Origin: the human T2T-CHM13v2.0 reference genome, Homo sapiens
DNA length: 64,000 bases
Direction: 5' to 3' (one strand)
NCBI RefSeq assembly: GCF_009914755.1
Contig: NC_060926.1
Every line of letters starts with the position of its first letter. The first letter of the stretch is position 1. Positions 1 to 13,461 of the stretch are shown here, in pieces. The translations under genes were made by a program, and so were the position numbers. The notes beneath the pieces were generated by a model. The model had not been told where the DNA came from, ran no database searches, and saw nothing but the letters and a program-made list of their open reading frames with translations.

Positions 1-3000
1 TGTTGCAATTGCTTTTGGGATTTTCATAATGAAATCTTTGCCTGTGCCTATGTCCTGATTAGTATTGCCTAGATTTTCTTCTAGGCTTTTTATAGTTTTG
101 GGTTTTACATTTAAGTCTTTAATCCATCTTGGTTAATTTTTGCACATGGTGTAAGAAAGTGGTCCAGTTTCAGTTTTCTGCATATGGCTAGCCAGCTCTT
201 GCAGCACCATTTATTAAGGAGGCAGTCTCTCCCCCATTGCTTGTTTTTGTCAGGTTTGTCAAAGAAAAGATGGTTCTGGGCATGTGGTCTTATTTCTGAG
301 TCCTCTCTTTTGTTCCATTGGTCTATGTGTCTGTTCTTGTACCAGTACCATGCTGTTTTGGTTACTGTAGGCTTGTAGTATATAGTTTGAATTCAGGTGG
401 CTTGATGCCTCCAGCTTTGTTCTTTTTGCTTTGGATTATCTCAGCTATGCGGGCTCTTTTTTTGTTTCATATGAATTTTAAAATAGTTTTTATCTAATTC
501 TGTGAAGAATGTCAGTGGTAGTTTAATGGGAATTGAATTGAATTTATAAATTACTTTGGACAGTATTGCCGTTTTCATGATATTGATTCTTCCTGTCCAT
601 GAGCGTAGAATACTTTTTCATTTGTTTGTGTACTTCTGATTTCTTTGAGCAATGTTGTGTAGTTTTCTGTGAAGAAGTTATTTACTTCCATTGTTAGCTG
701 TATTCCTAGGTATTTTATTCTTTTGGTGGCAGTTGTGAATAGGAGTTCATTCATGATTTGGTTCTCGGCTTGCCTGTTGTTGGTGTATAGGAAAGCTAGC
801 AATTTTTGCACATCAATTTTGTATCCAGAGACATTGCTAAATTTGCTTATCAACTTAAGAAGCTTTTGGGTGGGACAATGGGATTTTGTAGATATAGGAT
901 TATGTCATCTGCAAACAAAGATAATTTGACTTCCTCTTTTCCTATTTGAATACGCTTCATTTCTTTCTCTTGCCTGATTGTCCTGGCCAGAACATCCAAT
1001 ATTATGTTGAATGGGAGTGGTGAGAGAGGGCATCCTTGTGCTAGTTTTCAAGGGGAATGCTTTCAGCTTTTGCCCATTCAGTACGATGTTGGTTGTGGGT
1101 TTGTCATATATGGTTCTTATTATTTTGAGGTATATTCCTTCAGTATCTAGTTTATTGAGAGTTTTTTTAACATGAAGGGATGTTGAATTTTATCAAAGGC
1201 CTTTACCGCATCTATTGAGATAATCATGTGGTTTTGTCTTGAGTTCTATGTGATGAATCATATTTATTGATTTGCATATGTTGAGCCAACCTTGCATCCT
1301 GGGGATGAAGCCAACTTGATTTTAGTGGATAAACTCTTTGATGTGCTGCTGGATTTGGTTTGCCAATATTTTATTGAGGATTTTTGCATTGATGTTCATC
1401 AAGGATATTGGTCTGAAGTTTTCTTTTTTGTTGCGTATCTGCCAGGTTTTGGTATCAGAATGATGCTAGCCTCATCAAATGAGTTAAGGAAGAGTTACTC
1501 CTTTTAATTGTTTGCAATAGTTTCATTAGAAATTGTACCAGATCTTCTTTGTATCTCTAGTAGAATTCAGCTGTGAATCTGTTTGGCCCTGGGCTTTTTT
1601 CGATTGGTAGGCTGTTTATTACTGCCTCAATTTCAGAACTCGTTATTGGTCTGTTCAGGGATTTAAGTTCTTTCTGGTTCAGTCTTAGGAGGGTACATGT
1701 GTCCAGGGATTTATCTATTTCTTCTAGATTTTCTAGCTCATTTGCATAGGAGTGTTTATAGTATTCTCTGATGGTTGTATTTCTGTGGGATCACTGGTGA
1801 TATCTCCCTTATCATTTCTTATTGTGTTTGTTTAAACATTCTCTCTTTTATTCTTTATTAGTCTACCTAGTGGTCCATCTTATTATTTCTTTCTCAAAAA
1901 ACCAGCTCCTGAGTTTGTGGATTCTTTTTTAAGGGTTTTCATGTCTCTATCTCCTTCAGTTCAGCTCTGATTTTAGTTATGTCTTGTCCTCTACTAGCTT
2001 TGGGGCTTGTTTCCTCTTGGCTCTGTTGTTCTTTTAGTTGTGATGTTAGTTTGCTAACTTGAGTTCTTTCTAGCTTTTTGATGTGGGCATTTAGTCCTAT
2101 AAATTTCCCTGTTTACACTGCTTTAGCTGCATCCCAAATATTCTGGTACACGGTCTCTTTGTTCTCATTAGTTTACAAGAACTTCTTGATTTCTGCTTTA
2201 ATTTCATTATTTACCCAGGAATCATTCAGAAGCAGGTTGTTCAATTTCCATATAGTTGTGCGGTTTTGAGTAAATTTCTTAATTTTGAGTTTACAATGTG
2301 ATTGTGCTGTGGTCTGAGAGGCTGTTTGTTATTATTTCAGTTATTTTGCATTTGCTGAGGAGTGTTTTGCTTCCAATTATGTGATCGATTTTAGAGTAAG
2401 TGCTGTGGGGCAATGAGAAGAATGTATATTCTGTTGTTTTGGGTTGGAGAGTTCTGTAGATATCTATCAGGTCCACTTGATCCAGAGCTGTGATCAGGTC
2501 CTGAATATCTTTGTTAATTTTCTGTCTCGGTGATCTGTCTAGTATTGCCAGTGGGGTGTTAAAGTCTCCTACTATTATTGTGTGGGAGTCTGAGTCTCTT
2601 TGTAGGTCTCTAAGAATTTCCTTTATGAATCTTGGTGCTCCTGTATGGGTGCATGTATATTTAGGAGAGTTAGCTCTTCTTGTTGAACTGAAACCTTTAC
2701 CATTATGTCATGCCCTTCTTTGTCTTTTGTTTATCTTTGTTGTTTAAAGTCTGTTTTGTCAGAAACTAAGATTGCAACCCCTGCTTTTTTTTCCCATTTG
2801 CTTAGTAATTTTTCCTCCACCTCTTTATTTCAAGCTTATTTGTGTCTTTACCCATGAAATAGGTCTCTTGATGACAGCATAGCAATGGGTCTTAGCTCTT
2901 TAGCCAGCTTGACATTCTCTGTCTTTTAATTGGGGCATTTAGCTCATGCTTATTTAAGCTTAGTATGGTTATGTGTGAATTTGATCCTGCCATCATGATG

Positions 3001-3480
3001 CTAGCTGTTTGTTTTGCAGACTTGCTTATGTGATTGCTTCAGTGTCACTGGTCTGTGTACTTCAGTGAGTATTTTTTTTTTTTTGAGATGGAATTTTGCT
3101 CTTGTTGCCCAGGCTGGAGTGCAGTGGCATGATCTCGGCTCACTGCAAACCACCTCCTGAGTTCAAGTGATTCTCCTGCCTCAGCCTCCGGAGTGACTGG
3201 GAGTACAGGTGTCTGCAACCACACCCAGCTAATTTTTGTATTTGTGGTAGAGACAAGGTTTTGCCATGTTGGCCAGGCTGATCTTGAACTCCTACCTCAG
3301 GTGATCTGCCCGCCTCAGCCTCCCAAAGTGCTGGGATTACAGGCATAAGCCACTGTGCCCAGCCTTTGGTGAGTTTTTGTAGTGGCAGGTAACATTTTTT
3401 TCTTTCCATATTTAGTAGTTTTTTCAGGAGCTCTTGCAAGGCAAGCCTGGTGGTGCTGAATTCCCTAAGTATTTGCTTGA
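1..3480 (-). mobile_element. Decayed LINE-1 (older primate L1PA/L1PB-type): ORF2, inter-ORF spacer and ORF1 3' end; runs off the window start
   Basis: Minus-strand ORFs 575..853 ([16 protein letters not shown] region) and 2291..2476 (DLIDIYRTLQPKTTEYTFFS, endonuclease). The ORF2 start region lies near 2960-3000. Many stops and frameshifts. Confidence 0.92.
3072..3364 (-). mobile_element. AluS (Sp/Sq-like) inserted in L1
   Basis: Poly-T followed by gagatggaattttgctcttgttgcccaggctggagtgcagtgg...cccaaagtgctgggattacagg; L1 sequence resumes on both sides. Confidence 0.93.
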
Positions 3481-3720
3481 TAATTTAGATAAAGTGGAGA
3501 AATATACATTTCCAAGATTGCCATAAGAATTAGTAGAAAATATGAATGATGCTACATCTGTTAAATAAATTGAATCCAAATTTAAGCAACTTTCTTGAAA
3601 AGAAAAACTGCTGACCTAGATAGCTTCACTGCTGAATTCTTTTACATAATTTTCAATATTAAAAAAATAATAATTGACATAATAGCCATCATAGACAAAC
3701 CCTTTTAAAATAGAGAAAAG
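3481..3720 (+). mobile_element. Old L1M ORF2 fragment
   Basis: A-rich and resembles L1 ORF2 (gacctagatagcttcactgctgaattct, similar to the PDGFTAEF motif). Confidence 0.55.
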
Positions 3721-3729
3721 AGAACACAG

Positions 3730-4135
3730 GCAGTCTAGCCATGCCACTTTTTTCTGAGTTTCTTGTGAAATGAGACTGGAGTGGGCTTCTTGGGAGAAGT
3801 CTCAGAGTGCTAGAAAAGCTGGGTGTTCACCTCTGATTCTCTTTTTCCTCTGCAGAAAATGTGGTTCATGGAGAATCTTTTCAGTGTGGCACTGTGCTGA
3901 CTTGGGGGAAGGGGAAAGGTAACACAGTCAGAGTGAGACATTTCTATTACCTTTTCCATACAGTTTTTATTTTGTTCTATGAATCATGCAGGTGTCTCAG
4001 GCTTATTTCCAGTTCTGGGGGTTTTCACCAAGGTGTTCTTTTCTTTGAATAGCTGCTACATTTTCTCTCTGTGTGTTGTGGGAGAGTATAGTGAAACATG
4101 AGACCTCCTATTCTATAATCTTGTTGATGTCTCCC
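3730..4135 (-). mobile_element. Old L1M 5' end/5'UTR fragment
   Basis: Resembles the reverse complement of mammalian-wide L1 5' UTRs, ending ...cctattctataatcttgttgatgtctcc. Identified by recall only. Confidence 0.45.
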
Positions 4136-4139
4136 ACAT

Positions 4140-4620
4140 ATATACTTTAAATATAAGGATACAAATAAGTGGGAAGTAAATATATGGGAAAACATAGACT
4201 ATGCAATCACTAACTGAAAAAATCTACTCTTCTATTCCTTTATCGGACAGAATAGCTTGGTACCAAAACTTGACATGGATATTAAAAGAAAATTACGATT
4301 CTGTATACTTGGAGCTGGGATACAAAATTCTAAACAAAATATTAACATACAAAACTTAACAACATATAAAATAGGATAAGTCATCATTACCAAGTAGGAT
4401 TTATTCCAGGAATATAAGGGTTTAACATTGAAAATTAATTAATGTAATTTACCACATTAATACTATCAATAGATGTGGAAGAAGCATTTGTTAAATATAA
4501 GCATGTATTCATGATTTTTAAAATATCACCAAAATGGTAATAAAATAAAACTTTTTTAATCTAATAAAGAGTATATATAAAAATATACAGTAAAATCATA
4601 TTTACTGGTGAAATAGTAAA
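4140..4620 (+). mobile_element. Old L1M ORF2 fragments
   Basis: aaaattctaaacaaaatatta...caagtaggatttattccaggaat...caatagatgtggaagaagcatttg corresponds to the RT segments KILNKIL/QVGFIPG/IDAEKAF. Confidence 0.7.
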
Positions 4621-7600
4621 TATTGTTTCCTTATCATATTAATTTTATGGTTTTCCTGTTCTGAACTATAACATGTTATTAATAATTTCCTCAAACTGAA
4701 CTGAAGCTGCAAATGTAATATATAATATTTTTATTTCAAATTATGAAGACATTTAATTTTACCTCCTATTGGGTGAATCTAAATCATCTCTTTTAATATA
4801 GAAATGATGGAGTTATCAGGTAGTCTATTCACCGCAATAAGTACAGTACTTTATACTTTAAAACATTTAAAATTGGAAATAAACTAAATAATAATGGCAT
4901 GAAACCAATTAAAAGGGCAAGTCAGGTGTAATTGTAGCGTGAGTTAAAATTCAGTGTTAGTGTAATACAGAATAGGAAAAGGAAAGAGAATGTTCAAAAT
5001 GTAGCATTCTCTCCATGGAAGAAACGTGAATCTGAGTTCAGTAACAACTACCCAATCAGACACGTCCAGCTTTGTCTAACTCCAGGAACTTTTTTTCTGG
5101 TATGACTGAGAAAATAGTCTGTGTTTTGGAGGCAGAGGTACATATATACTTAAAGTGAACTTTTAAAATAATAATTTTAAAATGAATTTCCTTGGATAGC
5201 AGAGAGAGGCCAGAATGATATAGAGATTAGAATATGGGAGGAATGTCTTTTCCAGTGCAATATTTGTTTTTTTCTAGCATAATTATAATTTGTTGTTAGT
5301 CTCTTTTCTATTTCTTATATGCAAGAAAAATTTTCTTGGTACATAGTATTTGCATGTATTTGTGGAGAACATGTGATACTTTGTTACATGCATAGAATGT
5401 TTAATGATCAAGTCAGGGTATTTAGGTTATACTATCACTACAAGCATTTATCATTTCTATGTGTTGAGAATATTTCAAGTCCTGATTTCTAGGTATTTTG
5501 AAATGTACTCTTCATTGCTGTTAATTATAGTCACCATACTCTACCATCAAACATTAGAACTTATTACTTCTATCTAACTATATGTGTATAACACAAAGTG
5601 AGCCGTCTCTCTTATCCTTTCCAGACAGTTTTTATTCTGTTCTGAGGATTATGCTGGTAGGCCAGGCTCATTCTCACTTTCTTGGATTTTCACCCACCTT
5701 TCTTATTCCCCGTCCCATTCCCCAAAACCCACACCTTTCCCAGCATCTGGTAACTATCATTCTACTCTCTATATCCATGAGATCAGCATTTTTTTAGCTG
5801 TAACATATGAGTACATGCAATATTTGTCTTTCTGTGTCTGGCTTATTTCACTTAACATGATGACTTTCAGTTTCATCCATGTTGCTGCAAATGACATATT
5901 TTTTTGCAGTATATTCATGTAACAATGATTTTGCTTTTTAATGGTCAGGTAATATTCTACTATGTAAATAAACCACATTTTCTTTCTCCATTCATCAACT
6001 GATGGACACTTAGATTGATTCCGTATTTTGGCAATTGTGAATAGTGTTATAATAAACATAAGAGTGCATGTATCCTTTTGACACAGTGATTTCCTTTCCT
6101 TTGGATAAATACCTGCCAGTGAAACTGCTGGATTGTATGGTGGTTCTATTTTTAGTTTTTTGAGAAATCTCCATACAGTGATTCATAATGGCTGTACTAA
6201 TTTACATTTCCACCAACACTGAATAGGAGTTCTGATACTTACACATCTTTGCTAGCATCTGTTACTTTTGATCTTTTTGATAATAGCTTTTGTAACTGGG
6301 ATGAGATAATATCTCACTGTGGTTTTGATTTTTGCATTTCCCTTATAATTAATGATGATGAACATTTGATTCATATATCTGTTGTCCATTTGTATTCCTT
6401 CTTTTGAGAAATGTCTGTTTAGATTATTTGTCCAATTTTTAATGGAACGTTTTTATGCTGTTGTCTGATTTCTTTTATAATCTGAATATTAGTCTCTTTT
6501 TGAATGAATATTTGACAAATATTTTTTCCATTCAGCAGGTTGTCTCTTCACTTTGTTGATTATTTCTTTTGCTGTTGCAGAAGTTGTTTAGTTTAATAAC
6601 GTCCCATTCGTTTATTCTGTATTTCTGTTGCTTGTGCTTTTGGGATCTTAGCCATAAAATGTTTGTCTAGACCAATGTCCTATAGTGTTTCCCGTGTGTT
6701 TTCTTCTAATAGTTTTATAGCTTTGGATATTACATTTAAATTTTTAAGTAATTTTCTATATGGTGGGAAGTAGGGGCCTAGTTTCATTCTTCTGCATATG
6801 GATATCCAGTTTTCCCAGCACAACTTATTGAAGAGAGTGTCTTTCCCTAAAGTATGCTCTTGGCACCTTTGTCAAAAATCAATTGGCTTTCAATACAGGA
6901 GTTTATTTCTGTGTTCTCTATCCAGTTTGATTTGTCTATGTGTCTGTTTGTATACCAATACCATGTTGTTTTGGTTAATAAAGACTTTTAATATGTTTTA
7001 AAGTCAGGTAGTATGATGCCTCTAGTTTTGTTCTTTTTTCTCAGTATTGCTTTGGCTATTCAGGTTCTTTTTTGGTTTCATACAAATTTTAGGATTTTCT
7101 TATTTCTGTGAAAAATGTGATTGCTATTTTGATAGAGACTGCATTGAATCTATAGGTTGATTTGAGTTATATGGTTAATTTAAAAATATTAATTCTCTCA
7201 ATCTATGAGCCTGGGATATCTTTCCATTTATTTATGGTCTCTTCGATTTCTTTCATTAGTGTTTTATAGGTTTTGTAGAGGTCTTTCACATCTTTGGTTA
7301 AATTTATTCCTAGGTATTTTATTTTTTGGTAGCTATTGTCAGTGAGATTGCTTTGTTAATTTCTTTTGCAGCTAGTTCATTATTGGTATATATAAATGCT
7401 ACTGATTTTTGTATGTTGATTTTGTATCTGAAACTTTGCTGAACTTGTTTATCAGATCTAAGAGGTTTTTTTAAGGTCTTTTGGTTTTTCTAATTATAAG
7501 ATTATGTCATCCACAAAGAAGGACAATTTTATTTCTTCCTTTCTAATTTGGATGCTCTTTATTTCATTCTCTTGCCAGATTACTCTGGCTAAGACTTCCA

Positions 7601-9622
7601 GTACTGTATTGACTAGGAATAGTGAAAATGGGCATCCTTGTCTAGTTCCAGTTCTTACAGGAAAGGCTTCTAGCTTTTTCCCATTCAGTATGATGTTAGC
7701 TGTATGTTTGTCTTATATGGCCTTTATTATGCTAAACTATCTTCCTTCTATTCCTTGTTTGTTGAGTGTATTTATCATGAAGTGATGTTGAATTTTATCA
7801 GATGCTTTTTCTTCACCTATTAAGATGATGGTTTTTGTCCTCTATTATGCGCTGCATGGTGTTTTATTAATTTGCATATGTAGGTTGAGCTATCATAATA
7901 TTCCTGGGATAAATTCTACTTAATCATGTCGTATTATGTCTTTGATGTACTGTTGGATTCAGTTTACTTGTATTTTGTCAAGGGCTTTTACATCTATGTC
8001 ATCTGGTATATTGGAATATAGTTTTCTTTTTTAGTCATGTCCTTGTCTGGTTTTGGTAGTAGGTTAATGCTGGTTTCATAGAATGAGTTACAAAGTAGCC
8101 TCCCCTTTTCCAATTTTTGGACTAGTTTGAGGAGCATTGGTACTTGTTCTTATAACTTCGGTAGAAGTTGGCTGTGAAGCTGTCAGGTCCTGGGCTTGAA
8201 AGACTTTTTTTTTTTTTTGAAACCGATTCAATGTTGTTACTTGTTATTGGTTGTTCCGGTTTTCTGTTTCTTTCTTATTCAACCTTGGTAGGTTGTATGT
8301 ATTCAGAAATTTATCTATTTCTTCTAGATTTTCCAGTTTGTTAGTGTATAGTTGTTTACAGAAGTCTCTGATGTTTTGGTATCTGTGGTATGAATTGTTA
8401 TGTCTCCTTTTTGTTTCTAATTTTATTTGGGTTTTCTCTTTTTTTACTTGGTTAATTTTATGGGTGGTTTATTGATTTTGTTTATCTTTTCAAAAACCAA
8501 CTTTTCATTTTGTTGATCTTTTGTATTTTTTGTCTCTATTTAATTGAGTTCTGCTCTGATCTTTATTATTTCTTTAATAATTTTAGGTTTGGTTTGCTCT
8601 TCTTTTTTAATTCCTTGAGGTACATCTTTAGGTTGTTTATTTGACATCTTTCTACTTTTTTGATGTGGGCATTTGTTGTTATAAACTTCTATCTTAGCAT
8701 TGTTTTTGCTATATCTCATAGGTTTTATTATATTTTCCTTTTTATTTGTTTCAAGAAGTCATTTGATTCTCCTTTTAACTTTTTTATTAACCCAGTGGTT
8801 GTTCGGGAGTATGTTGCTTAATTTTCATGTATTTATACAGTTTTCAAAGTTTCTCTTGTTACTGATTTCCAGTTTTATTCTTTTGTGGTCTGAGAGATAC
8901 TCGATTTCAATTTTTAAAAATTTATTGAGACATGTTTTGTGGCCTAACATGTGGTCTATCGTAATGTTCCAGCTCTTTTATGAGTTGTTCTGTAAATGTT
9001 TGTTAGGGCCATTTGGTCTAAAGTGCAGTTTAAATCCAATGTTTCTTTGTTGATTTTCTGTCTAGATGATCTGTCTGTTGCTGAGAGTGGTGTGTTGAAG
9101 TCCCCAAATATTATATATTGAAGTCTATTTCTCCCTTTAGATTTATAATATTTGCTTTATATATCTAGGTGCTCCAGTGATGAGTGCATTTATATTAGAA
9201 CTGTTATATCCTTTGGTTGAATTGCTCCCTTTGTCATTATGTTATGACCTTCTTTGTCTCTTTTTACTGTTTTTGTCTTAAAGTTTGTTTTATTTAATGT
9301 AAGTATAGCTACTTCTGCTTGCTATTGGCTTCTGTTTGCATAGAATATTTTTTCCATCTTCTGTGTATAGTCTATATGTCTTTACAGGTAAAGTGAGTTT
9401 CTTGTTGGCAACATATTGTTGGATCATGTTGTCATCCATTCTAGCAGTCCATGTCTTTTAAGCAGAATACTTAATCCATTTACATTCAAAGTTATTATTG
9501 ATATGTGAGGACTTACTCCTGCCATTTTGTTTATTGCTTTCTGATCATTTATATTGTCTTCATTCTTTATTATTGCTTATCTTTATGGTTTGATGGCTTT
9601 CTGTAGTGATAACATTTGAATC

Positions 9623-10160
9623 ATGCTGCTATAAAGACACATGCACACGTATATTTATTGCGGCATTATTCACAATAGCAAAGACTTGGAACCAACCCAA
9701 ATGTCCAACAATGATAGACTGGATTAAGAAAATGTGGCATATATACACCATGGAATACTATGCAGCCATAAAAAATGATGAGTTCATGTCCTTTGTAGAG
9801 ACATGGATGAAATTGGAAATCATTCTCAGTAAACTATCGCAAGAACAAAAAACCAAACACCGCATATTCTCACTCATAGGTGGGAATTGAACAATGAGAT
9901 CACATGGACACAGGAAGGGGAATATCACACTCTGGGGACTGTGGTGGGGTCGGGGGAGGGGGGAGGGATAGCATTGGGAGATATACCTAATGCTAGATGA
10001 CGAGTTAGTGGGTGCAGTGCACCAGCACGGCACATGTATACATATGTAACTAACCTGCACAATGTGCACATGTACCCTAAAACTTAAAGTATAATAAAAA
10101 CAAACAAACAAAAAAATAGGTTTATAATAAATAAATATTTTTCATTTTAATAAAAAAAAA
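9623..10160 (+). mobile_element. 5'-truncated young L1 (L1PA2-like) 3' end with bipartite tail
   Basis: ORF2 C-terminus ...KHRIFSLIGGN*, G-rich 3'UTR, diagnostic gatgacGAGttagtg and acttaAagt (not L1HS-Ta). TSD aacatttgaatc (9611-9622) / aacttttgaatc (10161-10172). Confidence 0.93.
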
Positions 10161-11691
10161 AACTTTTGAATCCTGTCTCTTCCTCATTTGCGTGTTTTAC
10201 ATTTGCATGTGCTTTTATGATTGTAGATACTGTCTTTTGCTTCCATGTGTAACACTCCCTAAAGCATTTCTCATAGGGCTGGTTTAGTGGTGATGAAATC
10301 TCTCAGTTTTTGCTTGTCTTGGAAAGTCTTTATTTCACCTTCATTTGTGGAAGACACTGTTGAGTTACAGTATTGCTGCCTGATTTTTTGTTTCCTTTCA
10401 GCTCTTTGAATATATTATGCCATTTTTTTTCTGGCCTATAAGATTTCTGCTGAGAAGTCTGCTGCTAGTCTGGCGGGTTCCCTTATATGTGACTAGACAC
10501 ATTTCTTTTGTTATAGAATTCCCTCTTTGTCTTTAACTTTTGATAGTTTGACTATAATATGCAAGGGAGAAGATATTTTGTACTTTTATATATTTAAGGA
10601 TCTCTGAGTTTCCTTTATCTGTATGTCTAAATCCTTTGCTAGACTTAGGAAGTTTCCAGGTATTATTTTGTTAAATCAGTTTTTTATGTCATAAAATTTA
10701 TCTTCATCTTCTGGAACATTTAAAATTTGAATTTTAGATCACTTTTTGCTGTCCCATAAATCATGAAGGCTTTCTTTTTATTTTTTATGCTTTTTTGTCT
10801 TTTTGTCTGAATGTTTTATTTTGAAAGACCTGTCTTCATGTTCTGAAAAACTTTCTGCTGCTTTATCTAGTCTATTGTTGAAGCTTTGAATTGTAATTTG
10901 TATTTTATTTAATACATTCTTCAGTTCCAGGATTTCTGTTTGGTTCTTTTTTATGATATCTTTCTCTTTTATATCCTGAATTGTTCTGATTTTTTTGTAT
11001 TGTTACCTGTTTTCTCTTGCATCTGACTGCACTTCTTTAATATTATTACTTTGAATTATTTTTCAGGCATTTGATAAATTTTGTCTTCATTGGAGTCTGT
11101 TGTTGAAGAATTATTGTGTTCATTTGAAGGTGTCACATTTCCTTGCTTTTTCCTGTTTCTTGTGTCTTTCATTGATATTAGCACCTTGGATGTAACACTC
11201 ACTTCTAATTTTGTGAATTGGTTTTTGTAGAGAAAGACTTTTTTCCTGTAGATGTATTTAAATGTTGGTCGTGTAGGGGAGCTTTGCTTTGATTCCAGTT
11301 GCACACAGTAGTATACTCTCTGTATGATTACTTTGGCTGTAAACAGTGTCAGTGATGTCTGTGATTTCCTCAGTGGCTTTAGCTGCACTTGTTAGTGGAG
11401 GCTATGGTGAGCTTTTGCTGGGAATAGACTGCCGAGGCTAGTTCTTATGCCTCAGTGATGGCAACAGCAGTCTGAGTGTCTTTATATTTGGAGCCCCGGG
11501 TGGTATATGTTGGCATTGGTGTTAGGTGGTTTAGATGGGCAGTTTCTTGGGCCTTTAGGCAGATTTCTTGGCTGTCAGTAGTGGCAGTGGGGGGATGAGT
11601 GGGTGTGTGAGTCCTTTCGTCCCTTGGATGTGTGAGTTCTTGGGTCTCTGAGCAGCATGCATGGTGTGAGTGATGGTAGTTGTGGTGATAG

Positions 11692-13461
11692 TGTTACGGG
11701 ATCTTTGGGTGTCACTTCTCTGGCTAAAAACCTCTGTGTCCCATGGTGCCTTTGCCTGACTCTTGTTTGGGCCTGCTGGGCTTGTTCTGCCCACTCAACC
11801 TGGCAGGCTGTGCTCAGCTCACCCTACCAGCCTGGAACTCATGCCTCCAAGGGAAACTGTGAGTCAAACATTGAGCAGCCAGGGGTGTGTGAGTGAGCCT
11901 AGGGTCCAGCCACTGTGCAGTCAGACATGCTGGCTGCTGCTGCAGGGCAGGCAGCTCCAGGTGCCTGCATGGGTGCCAGCTTTCTGGGAGGCTGTGGCTG
12001 TACCAGGCATACTGCAAGCAGCTTCTCCAGCTGGCACCAGTGAATGAGGTGGCACCCAGAAGCCTGGAGACACCGGGAACTGCAGGGCCCCAAAGAGGGA
12101 GTCATAGCCCTGGCTCAGGGAGCTCCCAGGTCTGGGCACCCCAAAGGGCCACAGCTCTTCTCTCCTTCTTGTCACCTGCAATGTGGCGAGCAAGGGACAT
12201 GTCTCAGCCCTGTGTGTGTGTTACAGCTCTTTTAGCTTCACCATTCAGCGGGTCCCGAGTAATTGTTCTGCAACCAGGAAGAATGAGCTATGCAGATATG
12301 TGAAGGGTGAGCAAGACAAAGAGGAGCTTTATTGAGTGATAGAACAGCTCAGAGGAGACCCGCAGGGGCAGCTCCTTTCTAGAACTAGGGTGTCCCATGA
12401 GTGTTCAGCTACTAGCAGAGAGGGTAGCTCCTCTCTGCATCTGATCATCCCAATGAGGGTTCAGCTCTTAGCAGAGAGAGTAGCTCCTCTCTGCAGCTGG
12501 CTATCCTGTCATCTGTTTAGCTCTGGCTGAGCCCAAGGCTTTTATAGACCTAAGAAGGGAGAAAGTGCACACTGACTGGTCCTTGGGCCACCAGGAGCGG
12601 GTCAGGAAAAGGTACCACAAGTTCCCACTCCGGTTCCCATCCCAGGTTTCTTGGGACTAGCAGCGCAAACCTGAAGGTGGGGCCTTACTGGGGACCCACC
12701 TGTTTCCGCCCAGGAGCCTATCTGCCTCATGCCACCATCCATGATGTCCAGGCTGCTCATGCCAAGGGGCACCTGCAGGCCAGTGCCAAGCTGCCCTCAG
12801 CCCTCCTTCAGATTCCCCCTGTATGCTTGTCAGTGCCCAAAGTCTAGAGGGGGCCAAGGTGGCAGGGGGCTGTTATGTTAGCACTGCCCTGAATGTGCAC
12901 ACACCTGGCTGGGCAGTGACAGTGACCAGGCTTGGCCCCATTCCTACTTCAGGATTGGAGCAGGCTCTGTGAGCAGGGAGAGGCCAGGCCATGAGAGTCG
13001 ACACTCCCAAGCCTGTGGGGGCAAAGGGCCCTTCCTGGGCCCCCGAGAGTGCAGAGTGCAGAGATGCCTGAGTCCTGCACCTGGGAGGCTGGAGCTCCTG
13101 CCTGCTCCATGGAGCATGCAGGCAGCCCCGGCCATGCCTGCTCACAGCATGGGGCAGGGGCTCCAGGTTCTCACTGGGCACCTTTCTGCCTGCCCCTCTG
13201 CCCAACCGCACTGCTCCCCCACTGGTGGGTGGCTCGTCCTGACCCCACTGTGGCAGCCCCCAGGGTGGTGGGCTCCAGGGGCTCCCACTTGTCCCTAGCT
13301 CCTGCCGGCTCCATGGAGCATGGCACCACCCTGGGCCCAGCTCCGACTCCTCCATATATGTTCCATGCACTTGTCCCTGCTCCTGCTGCCACTGCTCGTA
13401 CCTCCCCACTGCAGCTGGTGCAGTGGCAGTGGCCACTACAGACAGCCTGCTGCTGCCATCA
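11692..13461 (-). mobile_element. MER52-family ERV1 solo LTR (copy 1) inserted in the L1MA 5'UTR
   Basis: Termini tgttacgggatc...ctgctgccatca; GC-rich; minus-strand TATAAAA near 12540 and AATAAA at 12328-12333; collinear with the copy at 38007-39583. Confidence 0.88.
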
